Shown here: positions 47,051-56,653 of the stretch, in pieces
Numbering within the stretch: the stretch's first letter is position 1
Layout: each line of letters begins with the position of its first letter
Source of the DNA: Candidatus Eiseniibacteriota bacterium
GTDB lineage: Bacteria; Eisenbacteria; RBG-16-71-46; JACRLI01
Direction: 5' to 3'
Assembly: GCA_016235265.1 (NCBI GenBank)
Contig: JACRLI010000014.1
Coordinates: 247,405-311,404, forward strand
DNA length: 64,000 nucleotides
Notes under the pieces: generated by a model
What the model saw: only the letters and a program-made list of their open reading frames with translations
What the model was told of the DNA's origin: nothing
The model's database searches: none
Translations under genes and position numbers: made by a program

Positions 47051-47659
47051 GTGGGCCTCAAGGAGGCGCCGCGCGCGTCGCGCCGCGAGTTCCTGCCCGA
47101 TGCCGCCGCCACCGAGCGCCTGGGGGAGCGGCTGGCGGGGCTGCTGGAGCCGCGCGACGTCGTGGTGCTGACCGGCCCGCTGGGCGCGGGCAAGACCACG
47201 CTGGTGCGCGGTCTCGCACGCGGCCTGGGCAGCGCCTCCCATGTGCGCAGCGCCTCCTTCGCATGGGTGCAGGAATACCGCGCCCGGATCCCGCTGGTGC
47301 ACCTGGACCTCTACCGCCTGCGCCACCCCGAAGATCTGGATGGCATCGGCTGGGACGAGTACCGCGAGCGCGACGCCGTGCTGGTGGTCGAATGGGGCGA
47401 GCGGGCCGGGGCGGCGCTGCCGGACGCGCGCTGGGAAGTGACGCTGGAGACGGAAGGCGACGGCCGGGTGGCGCGCATGGAAGCCCGTGGCGAAGGCCCG
47501 GTGCGGCGCGCGGCGGGCTGGGCGGCGGACGCGGCGGGCACGGCCGGCACGGCGGGCACGGCGGACGCGGCGGGCACGGCGGACGCGGGGGACGCGGCAG
47601 GCACGGCGGACGCGGCGGGCACGGCCGGCGCAGCGGACCCGGCCGGGAGCGGCGCATGA
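47051..47659 (+). CDS. tsaE: tRNA threonylcarbamoyladenosine biosynthesis protein TsaE (P-loop ATPase) with C-terminal AGTADA repeat tail
   Basis: LTGPLGAGKTTLVRGLARGLG Walker A; 18-bp DNA tandem repeat at about 47530-47640 encoding (AGTADA)n. Confidence 0.85.
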   Translation: MGLKEAPRASRREFLPDAAATERLGERLAGLLEPRDVVVLTGPLGAGKTTLVRGLARGLGSASHVRSASFAWVQEYRARIPLVHLDLYRLRHPEDLDGIGWDEYRERDAVLVVEWGERAGAALPDARWEVTLETEGDGRVARMEARGEGPVRRAAGWAADAAGTAGTAGTADAAGTADAGDAAGTADAAGTAGAADPAGSGA

Positions 47660-48393
47660 TGCGCCTCGCGCTCGAGACCGCCTCCCACTGGATCGGCGTG
47701 GCGCTGCTGGACGGGGAGCGCGTGCTGGCGGAGTTCCACGAACAGCGCCCCACGGGCCAGTCCGGGGCGCTCACCCCGGCGGTGCGCCTGGTGCTGGAGC
47801 GAGCGGGTGTGACGCTTGCCGAAGTGCGCGGGCTGGCGGTCTGCGAAGGGCCCGGGTCGTTCACCGGCCTTCGTGTGGGGGCGGCGTTCGGCCGGGCGCT
47901 GGCCGACGCCCGGGGCATTCCCATCGTGCCGGTGCCGGCCACGCTGGCCCTGGCGCTGGGCGCGGCGGTGGAGGTGGCGTCGCCCGCGCGGGTGGTGATG
48001 GCCGCCGCGGGAGATGTGGCGTTCTCGCAGGCGCTGGCGGCGGCCTCCGGCAGGGTTGTGGAGGTGGTGGCCTCCACCGGGTTGGAGCCCGCCTCGATGA
48101 GCGCTGCTGCGGCTGGCCGGGGGCTTCCCGTGCCCGTCGCCGCCGCGCCCCTGGAGCGCATCTGCTACGCCGAACTGGTCTCGGCCCCGGCCGCCGCCGG
48201 CGAGGTCTGGGTGTGCGACCCGGTGGCTGCCGGGAAGCTGGTCGGGGCCGCCGCGCGCCTGGTGGTGCTGGAACCGCGGGCGGCCTGGGTGGGCGTCTAC
48301 GCTGAGCGCGCGGGCCGGGCGGCCCCCGCGCGGGAGTTCCTGCCGGTCTATGGCCATCGACCCGCGTTCCGGAAGCGCGTCCGGCCCACTTGA
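47656..48393 (+). CDS. tsaB: tRNA threonylcarbamoyladenosine biosynthesis protein TsaB (inactive Kae1/YeaZ paralogue)
   Basis: MMRLALETASHWIGVALLDGERVLAE...GPGSFTGLRVG. ATGA overlap with tsaE. Confidence 0.85.
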   Translation: MMRLALETASHWIGVALLDGERVLAEFHEQRPTGQSGALTPAVRLVLERAGVTLAEVRGLAVCEGPGSFTGLRVGAAFGRALADARGIPIVPVPATLALALGAAVEVASPARVVMAAAGDVAFSQALAAASGRVVEVVASTGLEPASMSAAAAGRGLPVPVAAAPLERICYAELVSAPAAAGEVWVCDPVAAGKLVGAAARLVVLEPRAAWVGVYAERAGRAAPAREFLPVYGHRPAFRKRVRPT

Positions 48394-48849
48394 AATCGGG
48401 CCCCTGAGGCCGGAAGATGTCCCGGAGGTCGCCGCCGTGGAGCGGCGGATCTTCGTGGACCCGTGGCCGGAGTCGGCGTTCCGCAACGAGCTTGCCGATC
48501 CGCTGCTCTCGTGGGTGCGCGTGGCGCGCCGGGACGGGCTGCTGGCCGGGTACCTGGTGGCGTGGCGGGTGAGTGTCGAGGTGCACCTGACGAACGTGGG
48601 CGTGGTGCCCGAGTTCCGCCGCCAGGGGGTGGCGCAGGCGCTGCTGGACGATCTGCTGGCCGAGGCGGACCGGATGCGGGCCGAGATGATCACGCTGGAA
48701 GTGCGCGCCTCCAACCTGGCGGCCATCGCGCTGTACGAGCGCAACGGCTTCCGCCGCATGGGCGTGCGCAGGCGATACTACACGGTGGGCCGCGAGGACG
48801 CGCTGGTGATGACGCTGGACCTGGCGGCGAGGCACACGGAAGGGGACGC

Positions 48850-48853
<4 letters not shown>
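48350..48853 (+). CDS. rimI: ribosomal-protein-alanine N-acetyltransferase (GNAT family, RimI-like)
   Basis: GNAT motif A (VGVVPEFRRQGVAQALLDDLL). Sits in the tsaE-tsaB-rimI synteny. The start may be downstream of 48350, since the ORF overlaps tsaB by 44 nt. Confidence 0.75.
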
Positions 48854-49702
<849 letters not shown>

Positions 49703-49710
<8 letters not shown>

Positions 49711-50962
49711 TCCGCGGCTCGGCCGGCTGTTCCGGCTCGAGCGCCGCGGCTACCTGTGGGGACTGCGTGGCATCCGGGCGCTGCTGACCTGGTGCGGGCG
49801 CCCCGAGCGCCGCTACGCCACCGTGCTGGTGGGCGGCACCAACGGCAAGGGCTCCACGGCGGCCGCGCTCGACCGCATCCTCCGGGAGGCGGGCTTCCGC
49901 ACCGGGCTGTACACGTCCCCCCACCTCGTTGACTTCCGGGAGCGCGTCCGCGTGGACGGCCGATGCATGCCGGCCGAACGGCTGGGGGCGCTGCTGCGCC
50001 GCTTCGTGCCCCGCGGCGAACACCACGGGCACTCGTTCTTCGAGGTGGCCACGGCCATGGCGCTGCGCCACTTCGCCGACGCGCGCGTGGAGATCGCGGT
50101 GCTGGAGGTGGGCCTGGGCGGGCGGCTGGATTCCACCAACGCGGTCTCGCCGGAAGTGTCGGTGCTCACCGGTGCGAGCCTCGAGCACACCGAGTACCTC
50201 GGGGACACTCTCGAGGAGATCGCCTGGGAAAAGGCCGCCATTGCCCGGCGCGCGCGGCCCGTGGTGACCGGGGGCCGCGCGCGCGCCCGCGACCTGCTGG
50301 AAGCCGCCGCTGCGGCGCGCGGAGCCCGAGTGGTGCGCGCGCGCCGCGCCGCCCGGCTCTCGGTGCGCTCCATGGGACTCGAGGGGATGGAACTGGAACT
50401 GCCCTCGGGCGCGCGTTTGTCGACCCCGCTGATCGGCCGCCACCAGGTGTCGAACCTCGAGTGCGCGGCGGCGGCGGCGCTGCAGCTGCGCGCGCGCGGC
50501 TTCGCGGTGGACCCGCTGCACGTGGCGCGCGGTCTGGCCGCGACGCGCTGGCCGGCGAGGTTCGAGTGGCTGGCGCGACGGCGCGTGCTGCTGGATGTGG
50601 CGCACAACCCCGAGGCGGCGGCGGCCTTCGCCCGCACCTGGAGGGAAGTGATGCCGCGCCGCGGCGTGGGCGTGCTGGGAATGCTGGCGGACAAGGACGC
50701 CCGCGCCGTGGCCCGGGCCCTGCGTCCGTGCGCCCGGCGGCTGGTGGTCACCGCGCCGGACACCGTCCGCGCCATGCCGGCGGAGCGGTTGTCGCGCGCG
50801 GTGGGACGCGTTCCCCACTCGGTCGTGCCCGGCGTGGCGGCCGCGGTGCGGGCCGCGCTGCAGGAGCGCCGTCCGGGGGAACCGGTGTTCGTTACCGGCT
50901 CGCTGTACACTGTGGGGGAGGCCATGCGGGCCCTGGGTCACCATGTGGCGGACCGGCTGTAG
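49703..50962 (+). CDS. folC: bifunctional folylpolyglutamate synthase / dihydrofolate synthase
   Basis: VLVGGTNGKGST P-loop; Mur-ligase middle and C-terminal domains. Confidence 0.88.
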
Positions 50963-53900
50963 CCGAGGCGCGGGCGCGCCGCGCCTGCTCACGTTCCTGG
51001 TTGCGTGCCTCGCGCTGGCCTGCCTTCCCGGGCCGGGCCCCGCGAGGGCCGCCGAGCCCGAGGAGCCCATCCGCATCACCGCGGACCAGGCCGAGGGCGG
51101 CAAGGGCTTCACCACGCTGACCGGCCACGTGGTGCTCCGCCAGGGCACGGCCACGCTGACCGGCGAGTCCGGTTTCTACGACCGCGACAACCACCACCAG
51201 AATCTCACCGGCGGCGTCCGCTACACCGACGGCCCGCTGCTCATCCGCGCCGCGATGGCGGACAACTACGACCGCGAGCGCACGGTGGTGCTCACCGGCG
51301 GCGTGACCGTGAGCGACACGTCCGGCACCATGACCGCCAGCCGCGCTACCTACTACCGCCGCGAGGGACGCCTGGTCCTCGAGGGCAACGTCAGTGCCAA
51401 GGACCGCAAGCGGGATGTCACCGCGCAGCAGGTGTTCTACTACAAGGACACCAGGGACATCGTGGCCGACGGCCAGGTGCGGCTGGAGGACCACGACAAC
51501 GAGGCGGTGCTCACCGCCCCCCGCGTGCTCTACAACCGGGACACCGAGCGCCTGCGCTCCCCCCAGCCCTCCGAGCTGCGCCTCACCGACCAGGGCAAGG
51601 TGACGCTCATCACCTGCGACACGCTCTCCTGGGACGGCAAGCTGAAGGTGGCCGACGCCGTCGGACACGTGCGGATCGGCCGCGACAGCCTGGTGGCCGA
51701 AGCGGAGCGCGCGCTGCTGTACCGGGACGAGCACCGCGCGGTCCTGGTCGGCGCCCCCCGGGCCTCCGACAAGCACGGCGAGACCACCGGCGACACCCTG
51801 GTGATGCACTGGACCGGCAAGGAGATCGACCGCGTCGAGGCCCGTGCGAACGCGCGGGTGCTGTACAAGAGCCGCCCCTCAGGAGGCAAGGAGGAGTCCT
51901 CGGAAGCCACCGGCGGCTGGCTCGCGCTGGCGCTCGAGGACCAGAAGGCGAAGAGCCTCACCGTTCGCCACGGGGTGAAGAACGAATTCCGGAGCCGCAC
52001 GCTCGCCACCGCCGAGGAGGACGTGAACACCGCCGAGGGCGACTCCATGACCGTGTACTTCGTGGACAACGAGGCCCGGCTGGCCACCGTGCACGGCGCG
52101 CGCGCGGGGCGCTATCGCTACGAGCCCGGCACGCGCAAGGACAAGTCCGCCGAGGACGTGCGCTACGTGGCCAACCGCATTGACTATGACCTGGACCGCG
52201 ACCGCGTGTACCTGCGCGACGAGGCGCGCATGGAGTACAAGGACCTGGTGCTGCGCGCCGACTCGGTGGAATACGAGATGCAGCGCTCGGTGCTCACCGC
52301 ACGCGGCAACCCGCGCCTGAAGGACCCCTCGCAGGAGATCGAGGGCGGGGAGCTGGGCTACGACCTGAAGAACAAGCAGGGCCACGTGTCCGGCGCCCGC
52401 ACCAGCTACTCCAACGGCATCTTCACCGGGGACGACATCAAGAAGGTGGACGACAACGTCCTGAACGTGAAGGGCGGGGACTACACCACCTGCGAGGACC
52501 CCGAGCCGCACTACCGCATCCACAGTTCCGAGATGAAGATCTACCTGCACGACAAGGTGGTGCTGCGCCCGGTGGTGTTCTACATCAAGGACCTGCCGGT
52601 CCTGGCGCTCCCCTTCTACGTGTTCCCCATCCGCGAGGGGCGGCATTCCGGCATCCTTTTCCCGCAGTTCGACCTGGGGTTCAGCTCCACGCAGGGCCGG
52701 TTCTTCCGCAACGCGGGCTACTACTGGGCCATGAACGAGTACGCCGACCTGGCCGCCTATGGCGACTACTACGAACTGGGCCCGCGCTACACGCTGCACA
52801 TGGACGGCCGCTACGCGCTGCGCTACCGGCTGAACGGCTCGCTCTACTCCAGCATCAGCAAGGACGTGGGCGCGGGCACGACGCAGTGGCAGCTGCAGGG
52901 CACCCACCAGCAGCAGCTGGGCGAGCGGACCGCGCTGTCGGTGTCGGCGGATTTCATCAGCGACGCGCAGTATCTCCAGGACCAGGGGCTGGGACGGGCG
53001 CCGGAGCAGCGGGTGAGCCGCAACATGCACTCGCTGCTGGCCTTGAGCCACGCCTGGGCGGGCGGGAGCCTGAACCTGTCCCTGGACCGCAACCAGAACC
53101 TGGCCGTGGACCCCGCGGACACGCTGAGCGCGCTGCTGGACGAGGCGCTGCCCTCGCTGCAGGTGTCCTTCGCCGCGTTCCCACTGGGGCGCAAGGCCGA
53201 TGCCGCCGGCAAGGGCGGAAAGCGCGAGGCGCTGTCCACCGTGTACCTGGGCTACAGCGCCCGGCTGGCGCGCCAGGTCCACGAGACGCGGTTGCGCCGC
53301 AGCGACCGCTCCGCCTTCGGCGGCTCGCTGGGCCTCTCGGACAACCGGCGCCTGCTGGGCTGGCTCAACGTGAGCCCGCAGGTCAGCATGGACCACGCCC
53401 TGGTGGACGAGGATGCGCTGGGCAACAAGCTGGCGATGGGCGCGGTGTGGCGCGCCTCGTTCAGCGTGGGCACCACGCTCTACGGCGCATTCCAGCCCCA
53501 CTGGGGGCCGTTCGAGGGCGTGCGCCACGTGCTCTCGCCGCGCGTCAGCTACACCTACCAGCCGGAGTTCAAGCACCTCACCTACGTGGACAGCACCGGG
53601 CGCACCCTGTCGCGCTTCCCCAGCATCGCCGGCATCGGGCTCTCGGGGGTGCGCCAGAGCCGCCTCAACATCGGGGTGAGCAACACGTTCCAGCTGAAGC
53701 TGAAGTCGGGCGGGGAGATCAAGCGGCTGGACAACTTCGCGAACCTGGATCTCAACACCGGCTACAACTTCCTGGCGAAGGAGCAGACGCCGGTGGGGCA
53801 GCCGGTGCGGCCGTGGGACGTGGTGAGCGCCTCGCTGCGCATCTACCCGGGCGGGGTGGGGGGGCTGGACTTCAACGCCACCTACGACCCTTATCGCACC

Positions 53901-54473
53901 ACCGGGCGGACGCTGCAGGCGCTGAGCTTCAGCACCAGCTTCACGCGCAGCGGCAGGGCCTCGTTCGAGACCACCGAGGCGGCGGACTCGGCGCGCGCTG
54001 GCGCCGGCCTGCCGCAGATCGGCGTGCAGCGGGGCGAGAGTGGGACGGGCGCGCCCGCGTCACCCCGGGCGACGCCGGGGCGGCCGGCCGGCGGGGCGGG
54101 CGCATGGAGCCTGTCGCTGTCGTTCTCCTACGGCGGAAGCTCGTACCGGGCCTACGACGGCACCTCGGTGTGGAGCCAGACGCAGCGGCTCAATTCGCGC
54201 GCCAGCTACGAGTTGAGCCCCAACTGGCACGCGGAGTACGCCAACCAGTACGACCTCACCAAGGGCCTGGCGGTGTACCAGGAGTTCACCGTGCGGCGCG
54301 ACCTGCACTGCTGGGAGGCGCGCTTCAGCCGCCGCATCCAGCCCGGCATCTCGGAGTACTACCTGCGGATCGGGGTGAAGAACCGGCCGGAGATCGGATA
54401 CTCGACCGGCAGCAGCGGGTTGGGCGGCCTGTTGGGTTCGGGCAGCCCGTTCGGGAACCTGTTCGGGCAGTAA
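50943..54473 (+). CDS. lptD: LPS-assembly protein LptD (OstA family): N-terminal tandem LptA/OstA-like beta-jellyroll repeats + C-terminal beta-barrel
   Basis: Signal peptide; repeated OstA-like segments (LTGHVVLRQGTATLTGESGFYDR.., RLVLEGNVSAKD.., DGQVRLED..); large C-terminal barrel. 1176 aa. Confidence 0.8.
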   Translation: MWRTGCSRGAGAPRLLTFLVACLALACLPGPGPARAAEPEEPIRITADQAEGGKGFTTLTGHVVLRQGTATLTGESGFYDRDNHHQNLTGGVRYTDGPLLIRAAMADNYDRERTVVLTGGVTVSDTSGTMTASRATYYRREGRLVLEGNVSAKDRKRDVTAQQVFYYKDTRDIVADGQVRLEDHDNEAVLTAPRVLYNRDTERLRSPQPSELRLTDQGKVTLITCDTLSWDGKLKVADAVGHVRIGRDSLVAEAERALLYRDEHRAVLVGAPRASDKHGETTGDTLVMHWTGKEIDRVEARANARVLYKSRPSGGKEESSEATGGWLALALEDQKAKSLTVRHGVKNEFRSRTLATAEEDVNTAEGDSMTVYFVDNEARLATVHGARAGRYRYEPGTRKDKSAEDVRYVANRIDYDLDRDRVYLRDEARMEYKDLVLRADSVEYEMQRSVLTARGNPRLKDPSQEIEGGELGYDLKNKQGHVSGARTSYSNGIFTGDDIKKVDDNVLNVKGGDYTTCEDPEPHYRIHSSEMKIYLHDKVVLRPVVFYIKDLPVLALPFYVFPIREGRHSGILFPQFDLGFSSTQGRFFRNAGYYWAMNEYADLAAYGDYYELGPRYTLHMDGRYALRYRLNGSLYSSISKDVGAGTTQWQLQGTHQQQLGERTALSVSADFISDAQYLQDQGLGRAPEQRVSRNMHSLLALSHAWAGGSLNLSLDRNQNLAVDPADTLSALLDEALPSLQVSFAAFPLGRKADAAGKGGKREALSTVYLGYSARLARQVHETRLRRSDRSAFGGSLGLSDNRRLLGWLNVSPQVSMDHALVDEDALGNKLAMGAVWRASFSVGTTLYGAFQPHWGPFEGVRHVLSPRVSYTYQPEFKHLTYVDSTGRTLSRFPSIAGIGLSGVRQSRLNIGVSNTFQLKLKSGGEIKRLDNFANLDLNTGYNFLAKEQTPVGQPVRPWDVVSASLRIYPGGVGGLDFNATYDPYRTTGRTLQALSFSTSFTRSGRASFETTEAADSARAGAGLPQIGVQRGESGTGAPASPRATPGRPAGGAGAWSLSLSFSYGGSSYRAYDGTSVWSQTQRLNSRASYELSPNWHAEYANQYDLTKGLAVYQEFTVRRDLHCWEARFSRRIQPGISEYYLRIGVKNRPEIGYSTGSSGLGGLLGSGSPFGNLFGQ

Positions 54474-54490
54474 CGGTGGCCAGGAAGCCA

Positions 54491-54528
54491 GGCCGGCCTC
54501 CCGCGTGCAGTTCCCGCGCGGGAGGCCG
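54491..54528. terminator. bidirectional stem-loop between convergent lptD and the glycoside-hydrolase-like gene
   Basis: GCCGGCCTCCCGCG-TGCAGTTCC-CGCGGGAGGCCGGC: a 14-bp perfect stem and a 9-nt loop, with no U-tract. Confidence 0.55.
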
Positions 54529-54623
54529 GCCGTTCATGTGCCGTCGTTGCGGGGAGCGTTCCGATTTCGCGTCGCGTGGGCCATTGCCGAATTGCACGAG
54601 CGGTCCCCGGGTCGCGCGCGCCG

Positions 54624-56501
54624 TCAGTATTTTGCGCGCACCGGCCGGGGCGCTGCGGGCGGCCCGCTGAGGCGGAGGTCCGAGACCGCCCCGGGCGGCG
54701 TCAGGTCCGGCGAGGTGGGGTTGGTGAGGATGGCCGCGCTGTTGCCGGGCACCACCAGCTGCGACACGGTGCTGCCGTCGTTGGTGGCCGGGTCCTGCGT
54801 GCCGGACAGTCGCTGGTAAGGTCTCTCGAGGCTCACGGTGACGTTGTTGCCGGTGCTGTTCACCAGCACCGTGCCATTCTGGAAGTCCCTGCGATACACG
54901 CTGGATGCCCCCTGCTGCAGGTGCATGTCGTCCACCCACGCGTCCACCGCCAGCTGCCCGAACTGCACCTGCACGTTGACCGGCACCGTGCCGATGCTGT
55001 TGTTGAAGGCCACCTGGTACTGCTTCCAGGAGGTCCCGATCCGCACCGGCGTGTAGCACAGGATGGTCAGCGGGCTCTCGGTGCGCTGCACGTGCACCCA
55101 CATGTCCCGCTCCGCCGCCGCCCTGGCCCAGAACGTGACCGCCCACGTGCCGTAGGGCAGGCTGACGGTCTGTTGCTGGTGCACCATGCTGGTGTAGGGC
55201 GTGGCGACGGGAATCACCGCGTGCGCGGACACCGCGCCCTCGACTTTCGTGGAGGGGTCGATGAGCCACGTGCCCCCGTAGTTGTAGGCGTGCCAGTTGG
55301 TGAAGCCGGATTCGAAACCGGTGTTGGTGAGGAGGTCCGGCGTGCCCAGGGTGCCCACCTGCTGATAGTAGCCAGCCAGCGGCTGGCCCAGGTAGCCGCG
55401 GCCCCGGCCGCCGGCGTCATACTCGTCGCACCAGATCCCGCTCACCAGCACGGTGTCCACCTGCGGGTCGAACATGAAGTAACCGTCGCCCAGCAGCGCG
55501 CTGCCCAGGCCGTACCGCATGAACCTGAGGTTGGAGGCGTCGTAGATGGACGGGGGCGGGGCGGAGGTGCTGTACACGAAGTTGTAGTGCGGCGAAAGAA
55601 ACTTCTGCTCGTTCACCAGGTAGCCGCCCGAGGGGGACAGCATGTTGCTGGTCCAGGTGCCCAGGCGCGGGAAGTCCTCGCGCATCCAGCCGTTCATGGT
55701 GGTCCACTTCGATCCGTAGGCGCAGTTGCCCACCATGGGCATGGCCGGCCCGATGAGGCGGCGGATCTTCGCGGCCAGCGAGTCGGTGGCGGGGCGCCAC
55801 AGCGCCTCGAAGCTGGCCTGATCGTCGGCCACCCCGTTGCGGTCCAGATCGAAGGCCTGGCCGTTGAGCCCGTTCTTCCACCAGTTGGACTCGCAGAAGT
55901 CGTCCAGGAACAGGCCGTCCCACAGCCCCGACGCCAGCACGCGGTCGGCGACGAGGCGGGCCAGGCTGTCCTGCGCCTCGGGGTTGGTGATGTCGGTGGT
56001 GTTGCCGAAGTACGTGAACGGCGCCCCGGTGGTGTTGTGCACCCACCAGTCGCGGGACTGGAGCATGCGCCAGGTGTCCCCGTAGATGTTGCCCACCGGG
56101 TAGAGCGTGCCGTCCCACATGAAGTCGGAGGGGAAGTAGGCCAGCAGGATGATCCTGGGATTGAGCGCCCGCAGCTGCTGCAGCCGCGCCCCCAGGTACT
56201 CGGTGGCCGGGCTGGCGGGGATCACCGCCACGTTGAAGCGCGCCAGCTTCTCCACCATGGCGTCGGAGTCCAGCTGATGTCCGTCACTGGAGAGCCGCAT
56301 GTAGGCCGCGACGTGGGGGAAGTCCTGCAGGAAGTTCACATCGCCCACCGGCTGGAGGCTGCCGTCCGCAACGAAGCCCTGGGCCGGCGCGACGCGCGGT
56401 GCGAGGGCCGCCCCGACGAGCGCCACCATGATGGCGAAGACCAGGGCAGACCGGTGATTCCAAATGCGCGGCCGACGGCGCAATGATGTCGAAGCGTGCA
56501 T
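54624..56501 (-). CDS. secreted putative glycoside hydrolase-like (GHL-type TIM-barrel) protein + beta-sandwich domain; paralogue 1, no T9SS C-terminal domain
   Basis: Signal peptide; conserved blocks shared with 56654..58750 (LAYFP(S/A)DFMWDG(T/S)LYPVGNIYGD, SGLWDGLFLDDFCES, WTTMNGWMREDFPR, YFMFDP). Ends before any por_secre_tail-like sequence. Confidence 0.7.
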   Translation of the reverse strand: MHASTSLRRRPRIWNHRSALVFAIMVALVGAALAPRVAPAQGFVADGSLQPVGDVNFLQDFPHVAAYMRLSSDGHQLDSDAMVEKLARFNVAVIPASPATEYLGARLQQLRALNPRIILLAYFPSDFMWDGTLYPVGNIYGDTWRMLQSRDWWVHNTTGAPFTYFGNTTDITNPEAQDSLARLVADRVLASGLWDGLFLDDFCESNWWKNGLNGQAFDLDRNGVADDQASFEALWRPATDSLAAKIRRLIGPAMPMVGNCAYGSKWTTMNGWMREDFPRLGTWTSNMLSPSGGYLVNEQKFLSPHYNFVYSTSAPPPSIYDASNLRFMRYGLGSALLGDGYFMFDPQVDTVLVSGIWCDEYDAGGRGRGYLGQPLAGYYQQVGTLGTPDLLTNTGFESGFTNWHAYNYGGTWLIDPSTKVEGAVSAHAVIPVATPYTSMVHQQQTVSLPYGTWAVTFWARAAAERDMWVHVQRTESPLTILCYTPVRIGTSWKQYQVAFNNSIGTVPVNVQVQFGQLAVDAWVDDMHLQQGASSVYRRDFQNGTVLVNSTGNNVTVSLERPYQRLSGTQDPATNDGSTVSQLVVPGNSAAILTNPTSPDLTPPGAVSDLRLSGPPAAPRPVRAKY

Positions 56502-56572
56502 GCATACCCTCCGCCGGGTTTATCGGCACGGGCGGGCCCGGGAATTAGGGGAAGGTGCCGGGGGGGGTGGGC

Positions 56573-56596
56573 ACCGTGACCCAGGGAGATGGTCCG
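56573..56596. terminator. stem-loop between the tandem paralogues
   Basis: CGGTGCC-GGGGGGGT-GGGCACCG inverted repeat downstream of the paralogue-2 stop. Confidence 0.4.
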
Positions 56597-56653
56597 GCGG
56601 GCGGCAGCGCCCGGTTCGCGTGCGCCGGCGCCAGCCGGGCGCGGCGGCGCGGC

